Assembly (NCBI GenBank): GCA_963727685.1
Contig: CAVSGY010000007.1
Coordinates: 9,300 to 73,299, forward strand
Direction of reading: 5' to 3'
Length of the DNA: 64,000 bases
From: an uncultured Pseudomonadota bacterium
GTDB lineage: Bacteria > Pseudomonadota > Gammaproteobacteria > Steroidobacterales > Steroidobacteraceae
In this document: piece by piece, positions 10,214-20,676 of the stretch
Numbering within the stretch: position 1 is the stretch's first letter
Layout: each line of letters opens with the position of its first letter
The notes under the pieces: model-generated
The model's database searches: none
Seen by the model: the letters and a program-made list of their open reading frames with translations, nothing else
What the model was told of the DNA's origin: nothing
Made by a program: the position numbers and the translations under genes

Positions 10214-10666
10214 TTACTTGATGCGTACCGCGAGCACGTCGCAGGGCGCGGCGTGCAGGACGGTGTCCTCGGTGAGATTGACCAGGATCGACAGGCCGTG
10301 GCGCTCGCGGCCGCCGAGCACGACGAGGTCAGCCTGCACCTCGGTCGCGACGCGGACGATCTCTGCCTTGATGTTGCCGGCCTCGACGCGGCACTCGGCC
10401 GTGGCGAGGCCGAGCTGGACGGCCAGCTCGCGCAGCCGCTCGCCGGCGCGCCGGACGAGCTCTTCCTCGATCTCCACCGTCGGCAGCAGCGTCTCGCCGA
10501 GCGGCTCGACCGGCACGTACTCGACGACGTGCAGCAGCCACACCTGGGCACCGCAGGCCGCGGCGATGGCCCGGGCGCGTGCGCCGGTCACCCGGCTGTC
10601 CTCGCTCAGGTCCACGACCAGCAGGATGCGCCGGTACGGGCCGGTCGCCGGGGTCGGTGCGCTCAT
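10214..10666 (-). CDS. Universal stress protein family (UspA-like)
   Basis: [73 protein letters not shown]. 150 codons in a single frame at the tail of ORF 10214..11506. Confidence 0.8.
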   Translation of the reverse strand: MSAPTPATGPYRRILLVVDLSEDSRVTGARARAIAAACGAQVWLLHVVEYVPVEPLGETLLPTVEIEEELVRRAGERLRELAVQLGLATAECRVEAGNIKAEIVRVATEVQADLVVLGGRERHGLSILVNLTEDTVLHAAPCDVLAVRIK

Positions 10667-10691
10667 CGAAGGCTCCCAGTCACTGCCGCGA

Positions 10692-11506
10692 TTATAGCGG
10701 TGCCGGGGTCGCCGCGAGGCGCGCGAAGTCGGCGGGCGCCAGCGTCTCGGCGCGCCGGCCCGGATCGATGCCGGCCGGCGCGAAGCCGGCGGGGTCGACC
10801 AGGCCGGCGAGCGCGTTGCGCAGCGTCTTGCGCCGCTGGCCGAAGGCCGCTGCGACCACCGCCGCGAAGCGGTCGGGGTCCGCCACCGCGAACGGCGCGG
10901 TCGCATGCGGCACGAGGCGCACGATCGCCGAGTCGACCCGCGGCGGCGGGCGAAAGGCGCCCGGGTCCGACGTCGAACAGGCGCTCGACCGAGCAGTGCA
11001 CCGCGAGCATCACGGTCAGGCGGCCGTAGACGCGGCTCGACGGGCGCCGCCGCCATGCGCGTCGACGACCTCCTTCTGCAGCATGAAGTGCATGTCGGCG
11101 ATCGACGCGTGCGTACTCGAGCAGGTGGAACAGCAGCGGCGTCGAGATGTTGTAGGGCAGGTTGCCGCACAGCCGCAGCTTGGGCCCCGCGCCGCACAGC
11201 GCGCCGAAGTCGAAGCTGAGCGCGTCGGCCTCGTGGATGACGAGCTCGCCGTGGCCACGGGCGCGCTCCGCGCAGCCGCGGGATCACGTCGCGGTCGATC
11301 TCGACCACCTCGAGCCGGCCGGCGCGCTCGAGCAGCGGCAGCGTCAGTGCGCCGAGGCCCGGGCCGATCTCGACGAGGCGGTCGCCGGGCCGCGGGTCGA
11401 TCGCCGCGACGATGCGCGCGATGACGCCCGGATCGTGCAGGAAGTGCTGGCCGAAGCGCTTGCGGGCCCGGTGTTGCGCCGGCTGGCCGGCCGGCCGCCG
11501 GCTCAC
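10692..11506 (-). CDS. rsmA: 16S rRNA (adenine1518/1519-N6)-dimethyltransferase. Several frame breaks.
   Basis: [59 protein letters not shown] (SAM site). The C-terminus is in ORF 10692..10922 (..[12 protein letters not shown]..). The GTG start overlaps the pdxA stop. Confidence 0.85.
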
Positions 11507-12496
11507 GCGCGCACGCAGGCGAGGGCGAGCTCGAGCGCCGCGACAGGCTGCCGGCGTCGGCGCGGCCGGTGCCGGCCAGGTCGAGCGCCGTGCCGTGGTC
11601 GACCGAGGTGCGCACGATCGGCAGCCCGAGCGTGACGTTGACGGCGTGCCCGAAGCCCGCGTACTTGAGCACCGGCAGGCCCTGGTCGTGGTACATCGCC
11701 AGCACCGCGTCGGCGTCGGTCAGCTGCCGTGGCGTGAAGGCGGTGTCGGCCGGCAGCGGGCCGCGTGCCGCGATGCCCTCGGCGACCGCGCGCGCGATTG
11801 CCGGCGCGATGACGTCGATCTCCTCGCGGCCGAGATGGCCGGACTCGCCGGCGTGCGGATTGAGGCCAAGCACCAGGATCCGCGGCCGCACGAGCCCGAA
11901 GCGGTCGCGCAGGCCGGCCGCCAGCACGCGCAGCGTCTCAAGGAGGTCGCGCTCGGTGATCGCGTCGGCCACCGCCCGCAGCGGCAGGTGCGTGGTCGCG
12001 AGCGCGACCCGCAGCTTGCCGGCCACCAGCAGCATGACCGGGCCGTGGCGCCCCGGTCAGGGCGGCGAGGAACTCCGTGTGGCCGGTGAAGGGCACGCCG
12101 GCGTCGTTGATGACGCTCTTCTGCACGGGTGCGGTGACCATCGCGGCGAAGCGGCGGTCGCGGCAGCCGGCGACGCGCGGTGCGCAGCATGTCGAGCACG
12201 TAGCCGGCGTTGGCCGGATCGAGCCGGCCGGCGACGACCGGTGCCGCGGCGCGGTGGGCGAGCAACTGCAGGCGGCCGCGTACGTGCGGCGCGGCGGCGG
12301 CGGGCTCGACGCAGACGAGCTCGACTGCGCTGCCGAGCTCCGCGCGGCGGGCGGCCATCAGCTCGGGGTCGGCCGCCACCAGCAACCGGCACGGCCAGTC
12401 GCGCTCGGCGAGTGCGAGGCACAGATCCGGGCCGATGCCGGCCGGCTCACCCGAGGTGACGAGAATGGTGCGGGCGTCGGCAGGCAGCCCGGTCAC
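11503..12496 (-). CDS. pdxA: 4-hydroxythreonine-4-phosphate dehydrogenase. About three frame breaks.
   Basis: [27 protein letters not shown] (ORF 11720..12496), [26 protein letters not shown] (ORF 11938..12141), and [62 protein letters not shown] (ORF 11016..12035). Confidence 0.85.
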
Positions 12497-12505
12497 GCGC
12501 GTCGC

Positions 12506-13814
12506 TCAGCTGCGGTAGTCGACGAAGGCCTCGTCGCGCAGCCGCCGCAGCCACAGCTCCGTTTCCTCGTCGGACTTGCTGGCGCGGATCTGCTCGAACG
12601 CGCGCCGCTTGCGCTCGTCCGTGCTCATGTCCTGAGTGCGGTGGCCGAGCACCTGCAGGATGTGCCAGCCGTACTGGGTGCGGAACGGCTGGCTGATCTC
12701 CCCGTCGGCGAGCTTGTTGATCATCCCCTCGAACTCCGGCACGAAGGTGCCGGCGCTGGTCCAGCCGAGGTCGCCGCCCTCTGAGCCTGAGCCCGGATCC
12801 TCCGAGACCGCCTTGGCGATCGCGGCGAAGTCCTCGGCGCCACTGGCGATGCGATCGCGGATGGTCTGCAGGCGCCCGCGGACCGTCTCGTCGTCCTGCA
12901 GCTCGTTCGGCTTCATCAGGATGTGGCGGGCGTGCACCTGCTCGACGATCAGCGGCTGGTTGTCGCTCTTGATGTCGTTGAGCCGGATGATATGGAAGCC
13001 GGACGGCGTGCGCACCGGGCGCGACACCTCGCCGGGCTTCATCTTGGCGACCACCTCGGCCATGAAGGTCGGCAGCTCGTTGCCCTTGCGCCAGCCGATC
13101 ACGCCGCGCTCGAGCGCCGACTGCGCCTGCGAGTAGGCGACCGCCAGCTCGCCGAAGTCCTCGCCCTTGAGCGCCCGCTGGTAGACGTCCTCGGCGTGCT
13201 TCTCGACCTGCTCGAGCTGGCCGGGCGAGGCGGCCTCGGGCAGCGACAGCAGGATGTGCGAGACCTCGTAGGAGGCCTCGCCGCTCTTGTCGGCCGCCGC
13301 CTTGGCGAGGAACTGGTCGATGTCGCGCGGGCTGACGTAGATGTGCGAGTAAACGTCGCGCTGCCGGAGCAGCGAGAGCGTCATCTCGCGGCGCATCTGC
13401 TCGCGGTACTCGGCGTAGACGATGCCCTCGCCGGCCAGCGCGTCCGGCAGCTGCGCGAACTCAATCTTGTTCTGCTTGGCGACTTCGCGCAGCGCGTTGT
13501 TGAGCGCCTCGTCGGTGACGCTGCAGGCCGAGCTTCTGGGCGCGCTGCAGCTGGATTTCCTGCAGCACCAGCCGTTCGGTGATCTGCTGGCGCAGCACCG
13601 ATGGCGCCGGCAGCGGCGTACCCTGCTCGCGCAGCCGGTGGCTGACGGAGGTGACCTGCGCGTCGATCTGGCTCTGCAGCACGACGCCGTCGTTGACCAC
13701 GACGGCGATGCGGTCGAGCAGGTCGCCGCGACCCCCGATGTCGCGGGTCTGGGCACGGGCGCTACCGGCGGCGGCGAGCGCCGCCAGGAGCGCGATTGTC
13801 AGGAAACGACGCAT
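12506..13814 (-). CDS. surA: Periplasmic chaperone / peptidyl-prolyl isomerase SurA. One frame break near 13540.
   Basis: The N-terminus is MRRFLTIALLAALAAAGSARAQ..DRIAVVVNDGVVLQSQID (ORF 13461..13841). The body is ORF 12506..13756 with two parvulin blocks (SGFHIIRL, YGWHILQV). Confidence 0.9.
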
Positions 13815-13821
13815 GGCTGGC

Positions 13822-16077
13822 CTATTCAGTCCCGGCAACACCGGGGGTCGCGGAGTATCCCCGAATCGAGTGCTCTAGGAAAGCGCCCTCCTGCTGTCCG
13901 ACACTGGACAGGCCGTTCAGTTCCAGCTGGAGCGAGACGGACAGGGTGCGCACCCCGGTCTGGCTGCTGACATAGCGCCGGCCGACCAGCCGCACGCGCC
14001 AGCAGCAGGCCCGGTATTCGAAGCCGGCGAAGGAGTCGAGGGCAGCGTGGTCGCGCAGCGAGTAGACGTGGCGCAGGTAGAGGTTCCAGGCGTCTGCGAC
14101 CGGCCAGGCCATCGAGGCCTCGACCTGGTCCAGCAGTCCAGTGCGGAAGCGATAGCCGATGTTGGCGACTTCGTCGCCGGCCCGCTGGTACTGCACGCGG
14201 GCCTCGCTGATGACCGAGTCGTGCTGGTGCGGGTCCCACTCCTCCTCGACCTGGACGTTCCAGTGCCGATAGGCCGTGACGTCGACTTGCCCGACCAGGT
14301 CCGAAGTGGTCGCCGCCGGCGCCGTCTCGGTCGGCAGAGTGATGCGCGGCGGCGTGAAGTAGTAGATCTGGCCGAGCGTCGCGCTCAGCAGCTGGCGGCC
14401 GGATTCGGTGTCGACCAGGCGCGTCGTCGCGCCCATCGCCACCTGGTTGGCGTCGGGGATCCGGTCGCCGCCGACGTAGCGCAGCGGCTGGAACAGCTGA
14501 TTGGGCGTGAGGTCGGGGACGCCGGTGTCGAACACCGGTAGCGCCGACTGGTCGCGATAGGGGATGTAGGTGTAGACGACGCGCGGCTCGAGCGTCTGCA
14601 TGCGGTTGCCGGCGTCGCGCTCGAAGGTGAGGCCGGCGTCGAGCGTGGCGATCGGTGCCGCCACCGACGGGGTGGTGTCGTTGCCGCCGGTGTTGGTCAG
14701 CGAATAGCCGATCGCGCGATAGCCGACGGCCGGCATCAGGTACATGCCCGGCGCGCGCCAGGCGAAACTCGCCGTTGGCGCGAGCGTGTAGCGCACGCCC
14801 TCGACGCCCGTGCCACGGACGAAGTCGACCGCGTCCGCCTGGACCTGGAAGCCCGGCCCGTTGGCCTCGCCCCAGCGGCCGACCAGGTCGAGCTGCGGCG
14901 CGCGCGCGTACGGCCGGTCCGCCGCGGCGACGGTCTGGTCGATGGTCTGGTACTGCTCGACCAGGCCGACCGCGCGCCAGTGGTCGTCGAGGTAGGTGAG
15001 CCGCGCGATGCGCTGCAGGTACGTGACGCTGGTGCCCTCGGGGCCGAGGCCGAAGTCCGAGAAGTAGTTGCTGTCGCTCGCGTAGGCGAGGTTGGTGTCG
15101 AAGCGCAGCCGGTCGCCGAGGTCGCTGCGCTCGTCGAGGCGCAGGTAGCTGCGCTCGGTGTGTGTGCTCGTGTCTTCCGGGACCCAGTCGCTCTTGAACT
15201 GGCCGCGCGAGCTGTCGGTGAGGAAACGGAACTCGGTGCCGAGCGTTTCGCCACGCTTCGACATGTAGCCCGGCGTCAGCGTCGCGTCGTAGTTCGGCGC
15301 GATGTTCCAGTAATAGGGCACGGCGAGTTCGAAGCCGTTCTGGCTCGAGGTGCCGAAGCTCGGGAACAGCAGACCCGACTTGCGCGCGTCGCCGACCGGG
15401 AACGAGATGATCGGCAGGTACAGGATCGGCATGCCCTTGAAGTCGAGCTCGACGTTGCGCCCGAAGCCCGTCTGCGCCGCCTGGTCGATGTCGATGCTGC
15501 GCGCGCGCAGCAGCCAGTCGACGTGCCCGGCGGGGCAGGCGGTGTACTCAACGTGGTCGAGCTCGAGCTTGCCGTCGGTCGCCAGCGTGATGGACTCGGC
15601 GTGGCCGCGGGCCGGGCGCGTCGGCAGCTCGAAGTCGCCGCGCAGGAAGCGCCCGCTGCCGTCGCCGTTCCAGACGCCCGACTCGCCGGTCAGCTGCAGC
15701 CCGGGCGAGTGGTAGCTGACGTCGCCAGTGGCGTCGAAGGCCTGGGTCACGGAGTCGTAGTGCGCATCGTTCGCGGTCAGCGTGCGGTTGCCCTGGTGGA
15801 CCGTGACCGGTCCCTGCAGGTGGGCCTGGCCCTCGTGCGTGACCTCGGCGCCCTGGGTCGTGACCTCGACACGGTTCGGGTCGGCCGGCGGTTCGGCCGC
15901 CACCGGCTGCGGCGGCGGCGCCGGGCAGCGGTCGTCGGCCTGCGCCACGGCCGCGGCGAGCCACGCGGTGGCGAGCCAGACGAGGACGGCGCGCCGGGCG
16001 TGGAAAATCGGGAATGCGGGCAAGTGCGGCCTAAGTCTGGTGCGAGCGTATGGCCGCCGCAGCCACGGCGGGCGCAC
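13822..16077 (-). CDS. lptD: LPS-assembly outer-membrane protein LptD
   Basis: ORF 13822..16077 is 751 aa in a single frame. It has an OstA-type N-terminal domain and a barrel (LLFPSFGTSSQNGFELAVPYYWNIAPNYD). Canonical position upstream of surA. The exact start is uncertain. Confidence 0.9.
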   Translation of the reverse strand: MRPPWLRRPYARTRLRPHLPAFPIFHARRAVLVWLATAWLAAAVAQADDRCPAPPPQPVAAEPPADPNRVEVTTQGAEVTHEGQAHLQGPVTVHQGNRTLTANDAHYDSVTQAFDATGDVSYHSPGLQLTGESGVWNGDGSGRFLRGDFELPTRPARGHAESITLATDGKLELDHVEYTACPAGHVDWLLRARSIDIDQAAQTGFGRNVELDFKGMPILYLPIISFPVGDARKSGLLFPSFGTSSQNGFELAVPYYWNIAPNYDATLTPGYMSKRGETLGTEFRFLTDSSRGQFKSDWVPEDTSTHTERSYLRLDERSDLGDRLRFDTNLAYASDSNYFSDFGLGPEGTSVTYLQRIARLTYLDDHWRAVGLVEQYQTIDQTVAAADRPYARAPQLDLVGRWGEANGPGFQVQADAVDFVRGTGVEGVRYTLAPTASFAWRAPGMYLMPAVGYRAIGYSLTNTGGNDTTPSVAAPIATLDAGLTFERDAGNRMQTLEPRVVYTYIPYRDQSALPVFDTGVPDLTPNQLFQPLRYVGGDRIPDANQVAMGATTRLVDTESGRQLLSATLGQIYYFTPPRITLPTETAPAATTSDLVGQVDVTAYRHWNVQVEEEWDPHQHDSVISEARVQYQRAGDEVANIGYRFRTGLLDQVEASMAWPVADAWNLYLRHVYSLRDHAALDSFAGFEYRACCWRVRLVGRRYVSSQTGVRTLSVSLQLELNGLSSVGQQEGAFLEHSIRGYSATPGVAGTE

Positions 16078-16096
16078 GCATTATAATCCCGCGCTC

Positions 16097-17137
16097 ATGC
16101 CTCCCGACACCGCCCGACCCGATCCGCGCCTCGCTCAGCTCGAGCAATGGCTGAAGCAAGACCTCGGGCTCGGCGACAGCCGCGTCGAGCCGGCCTCCGC
16201 GGATGCGAGTTTCCGGCGCTATTTCCGCGTCCGCACCGGCGCGCAGAGCCTGATCGCGATGGACGCGCCGCCGGAGCGCGAGAACCTCGGGCCCTTCGTC
16301 AGCGTCGCCCGTGCGCTCGGCGCCATCGGCGTCACTGTGCCGGCGGTCGTCGAGCAGGACCGCGCGCGCGGCTTCCTGCTGATGACCGACCTTGGCTCGA
16401 CCCACTACCTCGCCGCCTTCGGTGCCGGCGACGACGTCGAGCGGCTGTACCGGGACGCGACCGGGGCGCTGCTCAGGATCCAGGCCGACGGCCTCGAGGC
16501 CGCGGCGGCGCTGCCGCCGTACGACGCGGCCTACCTCGATCGCGAGGTGCAACTGTTCCCAGAGTGGTTCCTCGGCCGGCACCTCGGCGCCGCGCCGGGC
16601 GCGGCGGAGCGGGGGCTGATCGACCGCACCTCGGCGCTGCTGGCCGCGAGCGCGCTCGAGCAGCCGCAGGTGTTCGTGCACCGTGATTACCACTCGCGCA
16701 ATCTGATGGTGCTGCCGGCCGGCAATCCCGGCATCCTCGATTTCCAGGACGCCATGCGCGGCGCGATCACCTATGACCTCGTGTCGCTGTTCAAGGACTG
16801 TTACGTCGTCTGGCCGCGGCCGCGCGTGCTCGGCTGGGTGCGCGACTACCGGCGTCGCGCGCTCGCGGCCGGCATCGCGCTGCCGGGCGATGAGGCGGAC
16901 TTCGTCCGCTGGTTCGACCTGATGGGCCTGCAGCGGCATCTCAAGGTGCTCGGCATCTTCGCGCGCCTGTGGTACCGGGACGGCAAGTCCGGCTACCTGC
17001 GCGACCTGCCGACGGTGCTCGACTACGTGCTCGGGACCACCGGCGCCTACGGCGAACTCGGCGAGTTCGAGCGGTTCCTGCGGGCCGCGGTTGTACCGCG
17101 CTTCGCGGCCGCCCAGTCGCAGGCGCTCGGCGCATGA
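16097..17137 (+). CDS. amgK: Anomeric MurNAc/GlcNAc kinase (aminoglycoside-phosphotransferase fold)
   Basis: MPPDTARPDPRLAQLEQWL..SFRRYFRV..FVHRDYHSRNLMV (HxDxxxxN)..GILDFQDA. Divergent from lptD and overlaps murU (ATGA), the arrangement I recall for Pseudomonas amgK-murU. Confidence 0.7.
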   Translation: MPPDTARPDPRLAQLEQWLKQDLGLGDSRVEPASADASFRRYFRVRTGAQSLIAMDAPPERENLGPFVSVARALGAIGVTVPAVVEQDRARGFLLMTDLGSTHYLAAFGAGDDVERLYRDATGALLRIQADGLEAAAALPPYDAAYLDREVQLFPEWFLGRHLGAAPGAAERGLIDRTSALLAASALEQPQVFVHRDYHSRNLMVLPAGNPGILDFQDAMRGAITYDLVSLFKDCYVVWPRPRVLGWVRDYRRRALAAGIALPGDEADFVRWFDLMGLQRHLKVLGIFARLWYRDGKSGYLRDLPTVLDYVLGTTGAYGELGEFERFLRAAVVPRFAAAQSQALGA

Positions 17138-17802
17138 GGCCAACGTGCGCGATGCTGCTCGCGGCCGGGCGCGGCGAGCGGATGCGGCCGCTGACCGCGA
17201 CGCTGCCGAAGCCGCTGCTGCGCGCCGGCGGCAAGCCGCTGATCGTCTGGCACCTCGAGAGTCTGGCGCGCGGCGGCGTCACGCTGGTGGCGATCAACAC
17301 CTCCTGGCTCGGCGCGGCGCTGCGCGCCGCGCTCGGCAGCGGCGCGGCCTTCGGTCTCAGGATCGAGTGGTTCGACGAGGGTCCGGAACCGCTCGAGACG
17401 GCCGGCGGCATCCGCAACGCGCTCAGCCTGTTCGGCGACGAGCCGTTCGCCGTGGTCAACGCCGACGTCTACACCGAGCTGCCGCTGCCACCGCCGGTGC
17501 CGCCGCCGGGGCGCCTGGCGCACCTCGTGCTGGTGCCGAACCCGGTGCAGCATCCACGTGGCGACTTCGCGCTTGAGTGCGGCGAGCTGCGCCTGGACGG
17601 TCCGCGCCGCCACACCTTCTCGGGCATCGCCTGCTACCGGCCGGCGCTGTTCGCGGCGCTCGCGCCGGGCCGCCGGCCGCTCAAGCCGGTGCTCGAGCGT
17701 GCGGCGCACGCGGGCCTCGTCAGCGCGGAGCTCTACGGCGGCCGCTGGGTGGACGTCGGCACGCCGGAGCGGCTCGCGGCGCTCGATGCCTCGCTCGCGT
17801 AG
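17134..17802 (+). CDS. murU: N-acetylmuramate alpha-1-phosphate uridylyltransferase (nucleotidyltransferase)
   Basis: [29 protein letters not shown] (GxGxR sugar-nucleotidyltransferase motif)..[20 protein letters not shown]. Inside ORF 16969..17802. Confidence 0.7.
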   Translation: MRPTCAMLLAAGRGERMRPLTATLPKPLLRAGGKPLIVWHLESLARGGVTLVAINTSWLGAALRAALGSGAAFGLRIEWFDEGPEPLETAGGIRNALSLFGDEPFAVVNADVYTELPLPPPVPPPGRLAHLVLVPNPVQHPRGDFALECGELRLDGPRRHTFSGIACYRPALFAALAPGRRPLKPVLERAAHAGLVSAELYGGRWVDVGTPERLAALDASLA

Positions 17803-17803
17803 A

Positions 17804-18832
17804 ATGACAGGCCCGCACGCCTCGAGGGTCTTCCGGGTGTCCGAATTCAAGGGTATCCCGCTGGTCACCGCCAAGAGTGGCGAGAAATACGTGACGCCGC
17901 ACGGTTTCACGGCGATCCGCGACGGCATCAAGGCCGCGGCCGCCGCCGAGCCGCTGGTGGTCGGCCGCAAGCCCGCGTGGCTGCGCGCGCCGATGCCCGC
18001 CGGGGTCCGCTTCGATGCCGTGCGCGGCGTCGTGCGCGAGCACCGCCTCGCGACCGTCTGCGAGGAGGCGAAGTGCCCCAACATCGGCGAGTGCTGGAAC
18101 GCCGGCACCGCGACGATCATGCTGATGGGCGCGGTGTGCACGCGCGCCTGCCGTTTCTGCGCGGTCGACACCGGCAATCCGCGCGGCTGGCTCGACGCCG
18201 AGGAGCCGGACAACGTCGCACGCACGGTCGCGCTGATGGACCTGCGCTACGTCGTGCTGACCTCGGTCAACCGCGACGACCTCGCCGACGGCGGTGCCGC
18301 GCACTACGCCGCCTGCGTCGCCGCGATCAAGGCGCGCCGGCCGGCGACTGCCGTGGAGGCGCTGACGCCGGACTTCCGGGGCAGCGCGGCGGCGGTCCGG
18401 ACGGTCGTCGACAGCGGCGTCGACGTGTTTGCGCAGAACATCGAGACGGTGCGCCGCCTGACCCACCCGGTGCGCGATCCGCGCGCCGGCTACGAGCAGA
18501 CGCTCGCGGTGCTCGCCGCGGCCAAGCGGCACCGGCCCGGCGTGCTGACCAAGTCCAGCCTGATGCTCGGCCTCGGCGAGAGCGATGCTGAGATCGACGA
18601 GTGCCTCGGCGACCTGCGCGCGGCCGGCGTCGACATCGTCACGCTCGGCCAGTACCTGCGACCGACCGCCAACCACCTGCCGGTGGTGCGCTACGTAACG
18701 CCGCAGGCCTTCCAGGCGCTGCGCGAGCGGGCGCTGGAGCGCGGCTTCCTCGAGTGCGTCGCGGGGCCGCTGGTGCGCTCGAGCTACCGCGCTGAGCGCG
18801 CGCTCGAGCGCAACAACGCCGGGCTGAAGTGA
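17804..18832 (+). CDS. lipA: Lipoyl synthase (radical SAM)
   Basis: [13 protein letters not shown] and [10 protein letters not shown] cysteine clusters. ..[33 protein letters not shown]. The ATG at 17804 lies 1 nt after the murU stop. An alternative GTG is at 17837. Confidence 0.92.
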   Translation: MTGPHASRVFRVSEFKGIPLVTAKSGEKYVTPHGFTAIRDGIKAAAAAEPLVVGRKPAWLRAPMPAGVRFDAVRGVVREHRLATVCEEAKCPNIGECWNAGTATIMLMGAVCTRACRFCAVDTGNPRGWLDAEEPDNVARTVALMDLRYVVLTSVNRDDLADGGAAHYAACVAAIKARRPATAVEALTPDFRGSAAAVRTVVDSGVDVFAQNIETVRRLTHPVRDPRAGYEQTLAVLAAAKRHRPGVLTKSSLMLGLGESDAEIDECLGDLRAAGVDIVTLGQYLRPTANHLPVVRYVTPQAFQALRERALERGFLECVAGPLVRSSYRAERALERNNAGLK

Positions 18833-19488
18833 GCGCCGTCGCCCGCTGGCTCGGTCGCGTCGAGTACGTGCCGGCGTGGGGCGCGATGCGGCGCTACACC
18901 GACAGCCGCGACGCCAACTCGGCCGACGAGCTGTGGTGCCTCGAGCACCCGCCGGTCTACACGCTCGGCATGAACGCCGATCCGTCCCACGTGCTGTCCG
19001 CCGGCGACATCCCGGTGGTCCGTATCGATCGCGGCGGCCAGGTCACCTACCACGGCCCCGGCCAGCTTGTCGTCTATCCGCTCGTCGACCTCAAGCGCCG
19101 CGGCCTCGGCGTGCGCGACCTCGTGACGGCGCTCGAGACGGCGCTGATCGCCTTCGCTGCGGAGTCCGGCCTCGAGGCGCTGGCGCGGCGCGACGCGCCC
19201 GGCGTCTACGTGGGCGGCCGCAAGCTCGCCAGCATTGGCCTCAGGATTCGGCGCGGCGCGAGCTACCATGGCCTCGCGCTCAACGTTGCGATGGACCTCG
19301 CACCGTTCTCGCACATCAACCCGTGCGGCTACGCCGGGCTCGAGGTCGTCGACTTGCGCTCGCTCGGCGTCGGTCTCGACCTCCAATCGTCGGCGCGCCG
19401 CCTCGTGCCGCACCTGTGGCGGACGCTGCGCCTGCCGGGCAAGGCGCAGTGGGGCGAGGCGCGCATCGACCAGGCGCTCACCGGCTGA
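18829..19488 (+). CDS. lipB: Octanoyltransferase
   Basis: ORF 18829..19488 is intact. ..[57 protein letters not shown]. The GTG start overlaps the lipA stop. Confidence 0.92.
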   Translation: MSAVARWLGRVEYVPAWGAMRRYTDSRDANSADELWCLEHPPVYTLGMNADPSHVLSAGDIPVVRIDRGGQVTYHGPGQLVVYPLVDLKRRGLGVRDLVTALETALIAFAAESGLEALARRDAPGVYVGGRKLASIGLRIRRGASYHGLALNVAMDLAPFSHINPCGYAGLEVVDLRSLGVGLDLQSSARRLVPHLWRTLRLPGKAQWGEARIDQALTG

Positions 19489-19513
19489 GCGGACCCCGGC
19501 GCCGGATGCGGCG

Positions 19514-19774
19514 TCAGAGCGCGTACAGCACGAGCCCGGTGGCGTGCAGGCGCCGGTACAGCAGGTCGAGCTCGGCGCGGCTGGCGATCCGCACGGTGCA
19601 GGTCAGCGACACGAAAGTGCCGTCGCGGCTCAGCCGCTGCTCGATGTGCAGGTCGGCCGCCGGGTCGCCGGGCGGGGCGAGCACGGCGAGCACCGCGGCG
19701 CGGAACTGCGCCGAGTGCCGGCCCATCACCTTGACCGGGTAGTCGCAGGGGAACTCGAGCGGCGAGTCCGGCAT
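19514..19774 (-). CDS. YbeD-like DUF493 protein
   Basis: MPDSPLEFPCDYPVKVMGRHSAQFRAAVLAVL..FVSLTCTVRIASRAELDLLYRRL. 86 aa. Sits next to lipB and dacC as ybeD does elsewhere. Confidence 0.8.
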   Translation of the reverse strand: MPDSPLEFPCDYPVKVMGRHSAQFRAAVLAVLAPPGDPAADLHIEQRLSRDGTFVSLTCTVRIASRAELDLLYRRLHATGLVLYAL

Positions 19775-19791
19775 CGCGCGGCCGATGCCGG

Positions 19792-20676
19792 TCAGCCGGC
19801 GGGCAGCAGCGGCGTGCCGGCGACCTCGTGGCGGTAGGCCGCGAACGCGGCCTGCAGCGCAAGCGCGACCGGGCCCGGGCGGCCGCTGCCGACCGGCGCA
19901 CCGTCGAGGCGCGTCACGGCGAGGATGCCGCGCGTCGCGAAGCCGAGCAGGATCTCGTCGGCCGCGCGCAGCTCGCGCTCGCCGACTGGCGCGATCCGCA
20001 CTGGGATGCCGGCGCGCTCGCACAGCCTGAGCGCGAGGTCGCGGGTCGTGCCGGGCAGGATCTCGGGGCCGTAGGGCGGCGCCGACAGCGTGCCGGCGCG
20101 CACCACCAGCACCGAGCTCGACGAGCCCTCGCGCAGCCAGCCGTCGGCCAGCAGGATCGCCTCGGTGGCGCCCCGGTCGGCGGCGCTGCTCTTGGCGAGC
20201 ACGTTGGCGAGCAGTGCGGTGCTCTTGATGTCGCAGCGGTGCCAGCGCTCGTCCGGCAGCGTCACGGCGCTGACCCCGGACTCGCGCACCGCCGGGTCGA
20301 GCGCCGGCAGCGGCGCCGCCATCAGGAACACCGTCGGCGCGAGTGCCGGGTTGAGCGCATGGTTGCGGCCCTCCTCGGCGCCACGGCTGACGTGCACGTA
20401 CAGGTACATGTCGCCGCCGCCGTTGCGGGCGACGAGTTCCTCGAACAGCGCCGCGAACGCCGGCCGCGTCAGCGGCATCGCCATGCGGATCGCGCCGAGG
20501 CTGCGCTCGAGGCGCGCCATGTGCTCGACGAACAGGAACGGCCGGCCGCCGTAGACCGGCAGCACCTCGTAGACGGCGTCGGCGAACAGGAAGCCGCGGT
20601 CGAGGGGCGAGATTCGCGCCGCGGCGAGCGGCAGGAACGTGCCGTTGAGCCAGGCGACGGGCAGCGGCGCGGCCAT
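19792..20676 (-). CDS. Class IV aminotransferase (D-amino-acid transaminase-like)
   Basis: MAAPLPVAWLNGTFLPLAAARISPLDRGFLFADAVYEVLPVYGG..YLYVHVSRG..REGSSSSVLVV..ILPGTTR. 294 aa at the tail of composite ORF 19792..23454. Confidence 0.8.
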   Translation of the reverse strand: MAAPLPVAWLNGTFLPLAAARISPLDRGFLFADAVYEVLPVYGGRPFLFVEHMARLERSLGAIRMAMPLTRPAFAALFEELVARNGGGDMYLYVHVSRGAEEGRNHALNPALAPTVFLMAAPLPALDPAVRESGVSAVTLPDERWHRCDIKSTALLANVLAKSSAADRGATEAILLADGWLREGSSSSVLVVRAGTLSAPPYGPEILPGTTRDLALRLCERAGIPVRIAPVGERELRAADEILLGFATRGILAVTRLDGAPVGSGRPGPVALALQAAFAAYRHEVAGTPLLPAG

